From: an uncultured Acidimicrobiia bacterium
Lineage (GTDB): Bacteria > Acidobacteriota > Terriglobia > Versatilivoradales > Versatilivoraceae
DNA: 64,000 nt
Assembly (NCBI GenBank): GCA_963786955.1
Contig: CAWBAT010000002.1
Span: 32,001 to 96,000, forward strand
Direction: 5' to 3'
Made by a program: the position numbers and the translations under genes. Position 1 is the stretch's first letter. Every line of letters begins with the position of its first letter. The notes under the pieces are model-generated. The model worked only from the letters and a program-made list of their open reading frames with translations, searched no databases and had not been told where the DNA came from. Below are positions 29,152 through 39,824 of the stretch, piece after piece.

Positions 29152-29239
29152 ATATGTGCGATCTCCTTTTGCCACTTGCCAAGCTAAGGGCTCCGTATCA
29201 TAAATAAATGAACACAACTTCGAGCTGCTAGCGAAGACT

Positions 29240-29298
29240 GGTGGAGCGGGCGCGTGGGACCGCTGTCCCCCGGCGCACGCTTGAGCGCACGCGTTCCA
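29240..29298. repeat. GC-rich REP-like element
   Basis: GGTGGAGCGGGCGCGTGGGACCGCTGTCCCCC...CGCGTTCCA, similar to the reverse complement of 51738-51771. Confidence 0.55.
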
Positions 29299-29685
29299 TA
29301 TAGACAGAAAGTGGGGTGCTCTCCTGAAAAAACGATGCTCGCAGGATGGATCAGGAATAACCTTGCAGCGATTATAAGAGCTTTTCAATTTTTTTCGTCT
29401 TTTTCTCATGATTGCATTGTAGAGTTAGAAAGCTTACCTGTAGGGACAAAGAGGACTTTGCCAATGGAAACGGCATTGCAAGAAGAAAACTAAAACTACC
29501 TCAAGCGGAGCAGGTTGCTGAAAAACTCGCTGTAGCCGGGCTCGACGAGGCCGGAAGCATTGTAACCCTTGGTTTATCCGTGGTCCTCGACCACGGCTAC
29601 AAATGATTTCTCCAGGTCTTATAAGATTGTTAGCATCCAGTTTGAACTGAGTGGAGTTTTCTTGAATCAAAGACGACGGATTACT

Positions 29686-31125
29686 ATGCCCTTCAATTTT
29701 CGCTGTTGCCGAAGCATAACGCGATTCCTGTGTGTTGCACTTACACTCTCGCCATTAGGGCCAATAGGGGTGATAGGACAAAACAACCCCGTCTCTACGG
29801 AAAAGAATGAAACTATTTCACTGACACTTGACCAGGCGGTTGAGTTTGCACTCAGCCATTATCCTGCGATTCGGGTAGCTATCGCCCAAGCTTCTGCTGC
29901 TAATTCGGGAGTGGGCTTGGCCCACACGGCTTATCTTCCTCGCACGGACCTGGTCTGGCAAGCAAATCGGGCGACGCGAAACAATGTTTTCGGCCTCTAC
30001 TTTCCACAAGCGGTTCCATTGCCCATTTCCGGACCCGTTTTGGGGACCAACAATGGGACCAACGTATGGGGAACGGCCACCGGCTTCCTTTTTGGGTGGG
30101 AGCCGTTTGACTTCGGGTTAAGGAAGGCCAGAGTAAACACGGCCAGAGCCCAAGAGAATCAAGCGAAAGCCATCCTGGATGTCACACGATTCGACGTGAG
30201 CGTTGCGGCGGGCGATGCTTTTCTCACCTTGCTGGCATCCGAGCAAGCCGTTCGAGTTGCTCAAGCGAGCGTGGAGAGGGCCCGGGTGCTGGCCAATACG
30301 ATAGACGTATTGGTCAAAAATGAATTACGCCCTGGCGCTGATGCCTCGCGCGCGCGAGCTGAGTTGGCGACTGCCGAAACTGAACTCATTCGAGCCCAAG
30401 AGAACGAAGAGGTCAACCGTTCAACCTTGGCGCAACTTCTAGGGATTGCCGGAACCAAGGTCGTTATACAGGAAGGCCCGCTTCTTCAACTCCCGCCATC
30501 TAGTGCAATGCCACGACCTGTCGTCTTCACAACCCACCCTCTCGCTATTGCCCAATCGTCAGTAATTGACGAAGTGAAAGCCCGCCAGACAGAATTGAGC
30601 AGGTCTTACGCCCCCCGTTTTGATTTTCAGGCCGCTACTTTTGCGAGAGGCTCCGGTGCTGAAACGAACGGCGAGGTATTAGGAGGGCTCAACGGTCTTT
30701 CGCCCAATATTATCAACTGGGCCGTTGGATTTACGGCAAAGTTCCAGCTTTTTGACATAGCATCCATACGCAGTCGGAAGGAGATTGAAAAGAATCATGA
30801 GCTAGCCGAGACGGCTCGGTTTGATCAAGTAGTGCAAAACCTGACGGCCCAGTATGAAAAGGCTAAGGCGGAAATCGAGGGAGCCCGGCGCGTCGCGGAA
30901 AACACGCCCATTCAGCTGGAGGCTGCTAGAGTGACGGAGGAACAAGTTCGGGCGCGTTACCAGGCAGGACTCGCCACGGTTGTCGACGTCGCCGATGCCG
31001 AAAGGTTGTTGGCACAAGCGGAGAGCGAGGATTCGCTCGCGCGGCTGCGCGTGTGGCGTGCGCTACTCGCCGTGGCCGCATCTCAAGGGGACCTTGCACC
31101 TTTTCTGGAAGCAATTCGCAAGTAG
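29686..31125 (+). CDS. TolC family outer-membrane efflux protein
   Basis: LTLDQAVEFAL, two helical repeats and ARYQAGLATVVDVADAE. First gene of the RND operon. The start is uncertain. Confidence 0.9.
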   Translation: MPFNFRCCRSITRFLCVALTLSPLGPIGVIGQNNPVSTEKNETISLTLDQAVEFALSHYPAIRVAIAQASAANSGVGLAHTAYLPRTDLVWQANRATRNNVFGLYFPQAVPLPISGPVLGTNNGTNVWGTATGFLFGWEPFDFGLRKARVNTARAQENQAKAILDVTRFDVSVAAGDAFLTLLASEQAVRVAQASVERARVLANTIDVLVKNELRPGADASRARAELATAETELIRAQENEEVNRSTLAQLLGIAGTKVVIQEGPLLQLPPSSAMPRPVVFTTHPLAIAQSSVIDEVKARQTELSRSYAPRFDFQAATFARGSGAETNGEVLGGLNGLSPNIINWAVGFTAKFQLFDIASIRSRKEIEKNHELAETARFDQVVQNLTAQYEKAKAEIEGARRVAENTPIQLEAARVTEEQVRARYQAGLATVVDVADAERLLAQAESEDSLARLRVWRALLAVAASQGDLAPFLEAIRK

Positions 31126-31139
31126 ATCAAGGAGCTTGT

Positions 31140-34100
31140 ATGTGGCTTGTGTTGATGGCATTGAAGCGGCCGATCATGGTTCTGGTCGCGGTCATGTCGA
31201 TTGCTCTTTGTTCTCTCCTGGCAATTCGCCAGATGAAGGTGGACATCTTCCCGAAATTGGGTGCGCCCGCAATCTACGTCGCTCAGCCTTTTGGTGGTAT
31301 GGATCCTTCTCAGATGGAAGGTTACCTGACCTACTATTATGAGTACCACTTCCTTTACATCACCGGCATCGAGCATGTCGAGTCCAAGAATATTCAGGGC
31401 GTCGCTCTGATGAAACTAGTCTTTCACCCGGATACCGACATGAGCCAGGCCATGGCAGAAGTGGTTGGGTACGTGAATCGGGCGCGGGCGTTCATGCCGC
31501 CTGGCGCCGTGCCTCCCTTCATCATGCGATATGACGCCGGAAGCGTTCCCGTGGCTCAACTGGTATTTTCCAGCGAGACCCGCAGCCCTGGAGAGATGCA
31601 GGACATTGCTCTCAACCGCGTCAGGCCGATCTTCGCCACCTTGCCCGGTGTGTCTGCGCCTCCTCCCTTTGGGGGCAACCAGAGGAGTATCGTGGTGCGA
31701 GTAGACCCCGAACGAATGAGGGCGTACCGGCTCTCACCGGAAGAAGTGATCGCAAAGGTCAACCGGGCGACAACAGTCCTCCCGTCAGGAAGCATACGAA
31801 CCGGCGACCTCCTTCGGTTTGCGTCGACCAATGCAGCTCTGGGCGGAAATATCGCTGAACTCCTGGATACGCCGCTTCGCTGGGGCCCCGGCCCCACGGT
31901 CTATCTGCGAGATATTGGGACCATTGCCGACAGTACCGATGTCGTCGTGGGTTATGCCCACGTGGATGGCCGGCGCACTGTTTATATTCCCGTCACGAAA
32001 CGTGCGGATGCTTCCACCCTGAGCGTCATTCAAAATGTGCGGCAGGCCCTCCCGAGGATGCGCAATGTGGCGCCCGAGGATGTCAAGATCGACTTGGTGT
32101 TCGACCAGTCGGGATACGTGGTCAGCGCCCTCCGAGGGTTGATCAACGAAGGTCTCATGGGCGCCTGCTTGACCGGATTAATGATCTTGCTCTTCCTTCG
32201 AGACTTTCGAAGCGCACTGATTGTCGTCGTCACCATACCCTTTGCATTGCTTACAGCAGTCGTTTGTCTCTGGGCAACCGGTCAGACAGTCAACATCATG
32301 ACGTTGGGCGGCCTTGCGCTTGCAGTGGGCGTTCTTGTAGATGAGGCTACCGTGTCAATTGAAAGTATTCACACCCACCTAGCCTCCGGCCTGTCTCGTG
32401 CTCGGGCTGTTGTCGAAGCCTCAAGTAAAACTGCCATCCCACGCTTGCTGGCCATGCTCTGTGTGCTATCGGTGTTCTTGCCCTCGTTCTTCATGACCGG
32501 TGTTGGCCGCCAGTTATTCGTTCCACTATCTTTGGCCGTCGGTTTCGCTATGGTGTCTTCTTACCTGCTGTCGAGCACGCTCGTCCCGGTCCTCTCTATG
32601 TGGTTGATGCGAGCCAAGCAGGAAAGCGGCGAAGGGTTTTTCGACAAGCTGCGGTCCGTCTATCGCGGCTACTTGAATTTCCTCCTTCGCTTTCGCTGGC
32701 CGCTGGCGGGAGGCTACCTCGTCGTGACTGGAGCACTGATCGCGCTGCTATTTCCGAGGATGGGCACGGAGATTTTCCCTGCGGTGGAAGCCCGGCAGCT
32801 CCAGCTGCGTCTCCGTGCGCCCACAGGCACGCGAATCGAGAGAACAGAAGTCGTTGCCCTCAAAGCGATTGACGTCATCAAACAGGCTGTGGGTCCTGAC
32901 AATGTCCAGATTACAACCGGGTTCATTGGCGTGCAACCGCCCAGCTACCCGATCAATACGATCTTCCTGTTTACCAGCGGGCAGCAGGAAGCCGTCCTGG
33001 GCGTGGCGCTGAAGCCCTCAGCACCTCCCGTCAGTGATGCTCTGAAGGAGACGTTGCGCCAGAAATTGAAAGAAGCTTTACCAGACGTTTCGGTCTCATT
33101 TGAAGCCGCAGACATCATCAGCCGAGTGATGAGCTTTGGTTCACCGACGCCGATTGAAGTGGCGGTGCAAGGACCCAGTTTGCCGGCCAACCGGAGCTTT
33201 GCCGAAAAGCTGCGGGTTGAATTGGAGAAGGTGTCTTCGCTGCGGGATCTGCAATACGCCCAACCGCTGGATTACCCCACAATGGAAGTGACCATCGACC
33301 GCGATAGGGCCGGGCAGTTCGGAATTGCCGTGGCCGACGTGGCTAAGTCGCTGGTGGCCGCGACTTCTTCGAGTCGTTTCACGGATCCAAACTTCTGGAG
33401 GGACCCGAAGAGCGGAAATGCCTTCCAGATTCAGGTCGAGATTCCGCAACACAAAATGGCTTCGATCGAAGACGTTGAAAATCTCCCCGTGATGAATCCT
33501 GCTGCTGCTGGCAATGAGGCCTCGCGGCCACTGTTGGGGGATGTGGCCAAAGTGGACTACGGGACGGCTCCGGGGGAAGTGGATCGTTACAACATGCAGC
33601 GCGTGGTGAGCTTCACCGCAAACATCCACGGAAAGCCCTTAGGACAAGTGGTCGGAGAAGTTAGAAAGGCCATCGCACGGGCAGGGGAGCCGCCACGCGG
33701 AATTACCGTCTACACTCGCGGACAAGTCCCAGCCTTTGAGGAAACGTTTGCAGGACTCCGAACGGGCCTACTGCTCTCCGTCGCGGTGATTTTTATCTTG
33801 CTGGCCGCCAACTTTCAGTCCTTCAGACTCGCCTTCGCCGTCGTTTCGACGGTGCCGGCAGTGGTTTGCGGTGTGCTTCTGATGTTACTTCTCACCGGCA
33901 CGACGATGAACGTGCAATCCTTCATGGGCGCCATCATGGCAATTGGCATCTCAGTCGCCAACGCGATTCTGCTCGTCACCTTCGCAGAGAATGCCCGTCG
34001 CAGCGGGGAGGGTATTCGCGGTGCAGCCATCGAGGGCAGCAGCGGGCGGCTTCGTGCCGTCCTGATGACGGCCATGGCTATGATCGCCGGAATGATACCC

Positions 34101-34295
34101 ATAGCCATTGGCTCCGGAGAGCGAGCCCAGGCCGCTCCTCTCGGGAGAGCCGTAATTGGGGGACTGGTGTTAGCAACGATCGCAACCTTGACATTCCTGC
34201 CTGCGATATACGCAATTCTGCAGGCGAAAGCTAAACCAGAGTCCCCATCCTTAAATCCCAATGACCCAGAAAGCAAATATTATGAGCCTGTGTAA
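31140..34295 (+). CDS. RND efflux transporter permease (AcrB/CusA family)
   Basis: About 1050 aa with AAGGAG RBS. Motifs VDIFP, NIMTLGGLALAVGVLVDEA and RLRAVLMTAMAMIAGMIP. Confidence 0.95.
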   Translation: MWLVLMALKRPIMVLVAVMSIALCSLLAIRQMKVDIFPKLGAPAIYVAQPFGGMDPSQMEGYLTYYYEYHFLYITGIEHVESKNIQGVALMKLVFHPDTDMSQAMAEVVGYVNRARAFMPPGAVPPFIMRYDAGSVPVAQLVFSSETRSPGEMQDIALNRVRPIFATLPGVSAPPPFGGNQRSIVVRVDPERMRAYRLSPEEVIAKVNRATTVLPSGSIRTGDLLRFASTNAALGGNIAELLDTPLRWGPGPTVYLRDIGTIADSTDVVVGYAHVDGRRTVYIPVTKRADASTLSVIQNVRQALPRMRNVAPEDVKIDLVFDQSGYVVSALRGLINEGLMGACLTGLMILLFLRDFRSALIVVVTIPFALLTAVVCLWATGQTVNIMTLGGLALAVGVLVDEATVSIESIHTHLASGLSRARAVVEASSKTAIPRLLAMLCVLSVFLPSFFMTGVGRQLFVPLSLAVGFAMVSSYLLSSTLVPVLSMWLMRAKQESGEGFFDKLRSVYRGYLNFLLRFRWPLAGGYLVVTGALIALLFPRMGTEIFPAVEARQLQLRLRAPTGTRIERTEVVALKAIDVIKQAVGPDNVQITTGFIGVQPPSYPINTIFLFTSGQQEAVLGVALKPSAPPVSDALKETLRQKLKEALPDVSVSFEAADIISRVMSFGSPTPIEVAVQGPSLPANRSFAEKLRVELEKVSSLRDLQYAQPLDYPTMEVTIDRDRAGQFGIAVADVAKSLVAATSSSRFTDPNFWRDPKSGNAFQIQVEIPQHKMASIEDVENLPVMNPAAAGNEASRPLLGDVAKVDYGTAPGEVDRYNMQRVVSFTANIHGKPLGQVVGEVRKAIARAGEPPRGITVYTRGQVPAFEETFAGLRTGLLLSVAVIFILLAANFQSFRLAFAVVSTVPAVVCGVLLMLLLTGTTMNVQSFMGAIMAIGISVANAILLVTFAENARRSGEGIRGAAIEGSSGRLRAVLMTAMAMIAGMIPIAIGSGERAQAAPLGRAVIGGLVLATIATLTFLPAIYAILQAKAKPESPSLNPNDPESKYYEPV

Positions 34296-35382
34296 ACTCT
34301 TCATTTGTTTCCTCCTTTCGACGCCACTGCTGGCCCAAACCCCGGTTGAATGCGTTCGAGTGATCTCGAAGTCGATGGACCGCCAGATTCAACTTCCTGG
34401 CGAGCTCCTTCCGTACCTCAGTGTCCCCATCCACGCCAAAGTGGCAGGGTTTGTTGAGAGGGTGGATGTAGACCGGGGGAGTGTCGTTAAAAAAGGCCAG
34501 GTTCTCGCGACTCTGGTGGCGCCGGAGGTGGAGACTCAGATCGCAGAGGCTCAATCCAAGGCTCAGGCGGTGGAATTACAACGTGCCGAGGCTATCGCAA
34601 AATATTCCTCGGCAAGTAGCACTTACGACCGTCTGAAGACCGCATCTGCGACTCCTGGTGTCGTGGCTGGAAATGACGTGGTTGTGGCGGAAAAGAATAT
34701 GGAAGCGGCACAGGCATTGGTCAACGCCTATGAAGGCTCTATCAAGGCTGCCCAGGCATCAGTCCAATCGCTGAAGGCCTTGGAGAAGTATCTCACGATT
34801 ACTGCACCCTTCGATGGCATCATCACCGAGCGTGCGATACACCCAGGGACATTGGTAGGCCCGAATTCAGGCATGGGTACCACGCCGCTGCTGATGCTGG
34901 AACAACTCAATCGACTTCGGCTGGTGGTTGCCGTTCCCGAATCTCAAGTTGGTGGCATCGTTAAGAACGCTCGTGTGCCATTCACGCTACCAGCGTTTCA
35001 GGGGGAAACTTTCTACGGGGTGGTAAGCCGGATTGCCCACGTTCTGGACCAGAAGACGCGCACGATGGCGGTAGAGCTTGACGTCACGAATCCAGGTCTC
35101 AGGTTGGCCTCGGGCATGTATCCGGAAGTTCTTTGGCCCGTACGAAAGAACCGGCCGGCTTTGCTCGTCCCGCCAACAAGCATAGTGACGACCACCGAAC
35201 GCACCTTCGTCATCCGGATAAAAAACGATGTCGCTGAATGGGTGGCAGTGTCTCGCGGCGCATCGGCGGGAGATCTCGTTGAGGTTTACGGGCCATTGCA
35301 CGAGGATGACCTTATTGCTCGACGCGGGAGTGATGAACTGCGAGAAGGCACGCGAGTTAAAGTAAGCTTGCCGGCGCACTGA
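34282..35382 (+). CDS. RND membrane fusion protein (periplasmic adaptor)
   Basis: Motifs AKVAGFV...VDRGSVVKKGQVL, ITAPFDGII and LASGMY. Overlaps the end of the permease gene. Confidence 0.93.
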   Translation: MSLCKLFICFLLSTPLLAQTPVECVRVISKSMDRQIQLPGELLPYLSVPIHAKVAGFVERVDVDRGSVVKKGQVLATLVAPEVETQIAEAQSKAQAVELQRAEAIAKYSSASSTYDRLKTASATPGVVAGNDVVVAEKNMEAAQALVNAYEGSIKAAQASVQSLKALEKYLTITAPFDGIITERAIHPGTLVGPNSGMGTTPLLMLEQLNRLRLVVAVPESQVGGIVKNARVPFTLPAFQGETFYGVVSRIAHVLDQKTRTMAVELDVTNPGLRLASGMYPEVLWPVRKNRPALLVPPTSIVTTTERTFVIRIKNDVAEWVAVSRGASAGDLVEVYGPLHEDDLIARRGSDELREGTRVKVSLPAH

Positions 35383-35803
35383 GAGGGTCGTGGTTAAAGG
35401 GTGGAATGGCTGGATGTTTCAACCGCTGATTGACATACAGCGAAGCGAATCCGGTAACGAGCAACAACAATCTTACTTAATGATGAATATGGTCCTGAGC
35501 GATACCAGCCGATGAATTCATCGATCGCTTCCATATCGACGCCTTAAAGAGGGCAGCAGTTAGACTGTCCTAGACAGCGCAGAACCCGCATCTGTCGATC
35601 TGTATGGGGTCAGGTCTTGACATTCTACAGTTCCAGTCCATCCAGTTGGGCTTTTAGGGGGCCGGGCAGATAATGGCTCGGGCCAGCCGCTCCCGCGACA
35701 TCCTAATCCTCCGGCTCATTCGTGTATGTGGATCGATGCACGCCTTGACAACTGCTCTTTCTTTCGGTTTACTAGTCCAACTTAGAATCGGTGGATTCCT
35801 TCA

Positions 35804-36918
35804 ATGGCTCAAGTTCTCATTGCATGTGTAGGCGGCTTTCTCGGGGCAGGCAAGACAACGGCTCTCGCCAGTGCTGCGCGAGAATTGATCTCTCGCAGAT
35901 TGAAGGTCGGCATCATCACCAACGACCAGGGAGAGCAGTTGATCGATACGCTGGTGATGCGCGCTCACGGTTTGGCAACTGAAGAGATCGTTGGAGGATG
36001 TTTCTGTTGCAAGTTTGACGAACTGGTGGAGCACGCCGAACAGATCCTGGACCAGGGCTGCCCGGACGTGATCCTGGCGGAGGCGGTAGGCAGCTGCACG
36101 GATCTTTCCGCCACCGTCTACCAGCCTTTACGTAAATACTATGCTTCCCGTTTCGACCTTGCTCCGCTTTCGATCCTGGTCGAGCCTGCACGGATACAAG
36201 ACTTTTCGGATCCTCTCAAAGCTCCTTCCCCGAATCGGTGGAGTATCTCTTCAAAAAGCAGTTGGCCGAAGCGGATCTCATCGTTCTCAACAAGAGTGAT
36301 CTGGTCGACCGAAAGGAGCTCCAGTTTCTCCATAAGGCCATCAAGGCGACGGTTGGGGAAATCCCCAGTCATGAAATGAGCGCACTCACAGGCGATGGCG
36401 TCCCTGGCTGGGTCGATCGGCTCCTGGATGGACGTGCCGCAGGTACTCGCATCCTGGAAATTAACTACAACACCTACGCCGAGGCTGAGGCCTCACTGGG
36501 TTGGCTCAATGCCACCGTGGAGATTACTTCGGCAAGCAATTTTTCACCTCAAGAGGCAGGCAAGGCATTACTTGAAAAGATCCGTACCCGCTGCCTCGGC
36601 GAGAATGCTACGATCGCTCATCTCAAGATTCTGATAGCCACCGTTGAAGGTAGTGACCGCATCGCTCTCACCGAGAGCCGCGGACAGGCCCAGTGGAGTG
36701 AGGGTAAAGAGTTCGCTCCTGCTTCCGAGGCCTCGGTGATTATCAACGCCCGGGTATGCCTGGCTCCTGAAAAACTAAGGCAGATCGTGGAAGAGTCCGT
36801 AGCTGAGACGGAAAAGGACCTTCAAGTCACATCCAGCGTTCAGGACATCGAGTCGTTCAGCCCTAGCCCGCCTCGACCGACGCATCGCTTCAACGAAACC
36901 GTTGCCGAGGCTGGCTGA
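35804..36918 (+). pseudogene. COG0523/CobW-family G3E metallochaperone GTPase split by a single frameshift
   Basis: ORF 35804-36379 has GFLGAGKTT, ITNDQG, GGCFCC and EAVGSC. ORF 36238-36918, in the -1 frame, supplies KQLAEAD and the G4 motif NKSD. Restoring one base near 36221-36230 gives about 371 aa. It may be a sequencing error. Confidence 0.8.
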
Positions 36919-37022
36919 GTGGTGGGCCGTGCAGTAGTAGGTTTGCTTATCTTCTTCGGTTCGTCCCGGTCCTTGTGAAGGAATACCAGAATCTAAAGCT
37001 GCTTAAACTTACGAGACCTACA

Positions 37023-39824
37023 ATGAAGACCAAGATTAATCGCAGAGAGTTTATCGTGGCTACCTCGGCAGCAGCCATCGGGGCAGCCTCGCCAATCCAG
37101 GGAAAGGAATCCGCCCCACCCGCCCAGGCTTTCCGCTCTTCCTCCGGTTCACTCATTCCTTATGCCCATCGAGAACTGCTTCACCAAGGACCGCAGCGGA
37201 CCTTTACGGCCGGGCATCTTTCAGAGATCGCTTTCCCGCTGGGTGGCATTGGGACAGGTACCGTGTCACTTGGCGGGCGCGGCGAACTGCGCGATTGGGA
37301 AATCTTCAATCGTCCCGGCAAAGGAAAGCTCCTGCCCTTCACCTATGTGGCGCTCTGGTCCAAACCGGTGGGCGGGACGGCAACCATCCAGGTTGTTGAA
37401 GGACCTTTGACTCCACCCTACCGCGGTGGATTTGGCTATGAGCGCGAGTCGGCCCAGGGACTACCCCGCTTCAAAGGTGCCCGCTTCACCGGAGCCTACC
37501 CTTTTGCTCGAATTGACTTCGAAGACGACAAATTGCCGGTCAACGTCTCGCTGGAGGCTTTTAATCCCTTTGTGCCTCTCAATGTGGACGACTCCAGTTT
37601 GCCGGTGGCCCTTTTTCACTATCGTGTGACGAATCAGGGCAAGGAACCGGTGGATCTCTCACTCGCTTTCTCCATCCTCAATGCCGTTGGCTACGATGGA
37701 TTAGCCCGGCTCGGAAGCGAGGAGTACGCAGGATTTGGGAAGAACATAACCCGATTACGCAGCGAAACGATCAGTCCGGAATTGAAAATCACGGGGCTGG
37801 ATATGATTTCCGAGAAATATGCGGCTGATAGCCCTCTGTTCGGCTCCATGGCCCTGTTGACCACCCATTCCGAGGCGACCGGCCGCACCGGCTGGGAGGG
37901 TGGCAAGTGGTGGGACTCGTTTCAGAAGTGGTTCGATGAGTTTGCCGCCAGAGGCGAAATGCACGATCCGAAGCCGTCTGAAGTCTCGCCGGATGGACGT
38001 TCGAACTATGCCACGCTGGCCCCACATCTGCGGCTGGCGCCGGGGGACTCCAAAACCATCACCTTCCTTTTAGCTTGGTATTTTCCAGTGCGAGAGAACT
38101 ACTGGAATAAGGAGAAAGAGGTCAAAGGTCAGAGGATACGCAATGACTACGGCATGCGATTCAAGAGTGCCTGGGAAGTGGGACGCCACACTGCTCTGAA
38201 TCTGAAAGCTCTGGAAGACAAAACGCGCTCGTTTCATCAGGCGTTCTTTTCCAGCACTCTTCCGGCTCATGTGTTGGACGCAGTCTCGAGCCAGGCGTCC
38301 ATCATCCGTACCAACACCTGTCTGCTTCTGGAGGGAAAGCAGTTTTTCGCCTTCGAAGGTTGCGGGGACGATAACGGCTGCTGCCCCATGAACTGCTCCC
38401 ACGTCTGGAATTATGAGCAGGCGCTGGCTTTTCTCTTCCCGGAGCTGGAACGTTCCATGCGCCGCACCGACTTCAAAAACAACATGCGGCCTGATGGGTC
38501 TATGGCTTTTCGCACGCTGGTGCCGGTAGGTTATGGTCAATGGAAATTCAAGCCTGCAGCAGACGGGCAGATGGGCTGCATCATGAAGCTCTACCGCGAG
38601 TGGCAGTTCTCAGGCGACGACGCCTTCCTGAAGGAGCTCTGGCCGAATGCTAAGCAGGCTCTTGAATTTGCTTGGCATCACTGGGACGCCGATCAGGATG
38701 GTGTGATGGAAGGAGAGCAGCACAACACCTATGATATTGAGTTCTACGGACCCAATACGATGATGGGTACGCTCTACCTTGGAGCTTTGAGTGCCGCGGA
38801 GCGCATGGCCGTAGTGGTGGGAGACAAGGAGGCAGCGGACAAGTATCGCCGCATCCGGGAGAGCGGGAGCAGGAAACTGGAAGAGCTCTGGAACGGAGAC
38901 TACTACGTCCAAAAAGTTCCGCCGGTGGAGCAGCTCCATACCCAGGAGAAAGGTTCTGAGGAAACCTGGCATGCTGATGCAGTCCAGAATGGGCAGATTC
39001 GCTACCAGTATGGCGACGGCTGTCTTTCGGACCAGATGTTGGGGCAGTGGTTCGCGTCGGTCGTGGGTCTGGAATATGCGCTGACGCCTGAGCGAGTACG
39101 CAAAACTCTGCGCTCCATTTATCGTTACAACTACAAACACAGCTTTTACGATCATCCCAATACGCAGAGAATTTATGCCTTGAACGACGAGAAAGGATTG
39201 CTTCTCTGTACTTGGCCGAAAGGAAATCGCCCCGCGCTTCCTTTTGTCTATTCCGACGAAGTCTGGACCGGCATCGAATATCAGGTTGCAGCCCACTTGA
39301 TTTACGAAGGGCTTCTCGACGAGGGGCTGTCGATTGTGAAAGGAATCCGCGACCGATATGACGGGGCGAGGAGGAATCCCTGGAACGAGGTGGAATGCGG
39401 ATCGCACTACGCTCGCGCGCTCGCAAGCTGGTCGGTACTGCTGGCGCTCTCAGGATTCCACTATTCAGCTTCGGAGCAGAGTCTCGCCTTTGCTCCAGGC
39501 CTCAATGATCAAAACTTTCAATGCTTCTTCACGACAGGCTCCGGCTGGGGTGTCTACAAGCAACATCTGGACAAGCCGGCTCTCGAGGCCAGCCTGGAGG
39601 CTCGCTATGGCGAGGTCCGGCTGCGGACATTGCGGTTGCGGAACGAGTTGGGCACCCCTTCCGTTTTGATCGCTTTAGCCATCGCACCGGGCGGTAAGCG
39701 CCTCAGCGCCGCCAAAGTCAGCCGCGATGGGGATTTCATTGAAATTGATCTTGGAGAAGAGGTCGTAGTGCCTGCTGGAAAGGTGCTAGCGATTAGACTA
39801 GCATCCGGCTCTTCCCAGGCTTGA
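37023..39824 (+). CDS. Tat-exported GH116-family (non-lysosomal glucosylceramidase-like) glycoside hydrolase
   Basis: INRREF Tat signal. Motifs FPLGGIGTG, WEIFN, DSSLPVA, ADGQMG, HNTYDIEF, CLSDQMLGQW, EVWTGIEY and ECGSHYAR. Confidence 0.85.
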   Translation: MKTKINRREFIVATSAAAIGAASPIQGKESAPPAQAFRSSSGSLIPYAHRELLHQGPQRTFTAGHLSEIAFPLGGIGTGTVSLGGRGELRDWEIFNRPGKGKLLPFTYVALWSKPVGGTATIQVVEGPLTPPYRGGFGYERESAQGLPRFKGARFTGAYPFARIDFEDDKLPVNVSLEAFNPFVPLNVDDSSLPVALFHYRVTNQGKEPVDLSLAFSILNAVGYDGLARLGSEEYAGFGKNITRLRSETISPELKITGLDMISEKYAADSPLFGSMALLTTHSEATGRTGWEGGKWWDSFQKWFDEFAARGEMHDPKPSEVSPDGRSNYATLAPHLRLAPGDSKTITFLLAWYFPVRENYWNKEKEVKGQRIRNDYGMRFKSAWEVGRHTALNLKALEDKTRSFHQAFFSSTLPAHVLDAVSSQASIIRTNTCLLLEGKQFFAFEGCGDDNGCCPMNCSHVWNYEQALAFLFPELERSMRRTDFKNNMRPDGSMAFRTLVPVGYGQWKFKPAADGQMGCIMKLYREWQFSGDDAFLKELWPNAKQALEFAWHHWDADQDGVMEGEQHNTYDIEFYGPNTMMGTLYLGALSAAERMAVVVGDKEAADKYRRIRESGSRKLEELWNGDYYVQKVPPVEQLHTQEKGSEETWHADAVQNGQIRYQYGDGCLSDQMLGQWFASVVGLEYALTPERVRKTLRSIYRYNYKHSFYDHPNTQRIYALNDEKGLLLCTWPKGNRPALPFVYSDEVWTGIEYQVAAHLIYEGLLDEGLSIVKGIRDRYDGARRNPWNEVECGSHYARALASWSVLLALSGFHYSASEQSLAFAPGLNDQNFQCFFTTGSGWGVYKQHLDKPALEASLEARYGEVRLRTLRLRNELGTPSVLIALAIAPGGKRLSAAKVSRDGDFIEIDLGEEVVVPAGKVLAIRLASGSSQA

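Noticed and set aside
35603-35625. ATGGGGTCAGGTCTTGACATT as a RAYT-associated element end
   Set aside because: There is only one clear copy, one weak match near 54608, and no transposase. This is insufficient support.
38610-39426. Long antisense ORFs (265 and 258 aa) inside the GH116 gene
   Set aside because: These are shadow ORFs expected from GC-rich codon usage and have no protein-like motifs. The same applies to other antisense ORFs over groEL, the RND genes and thiG.
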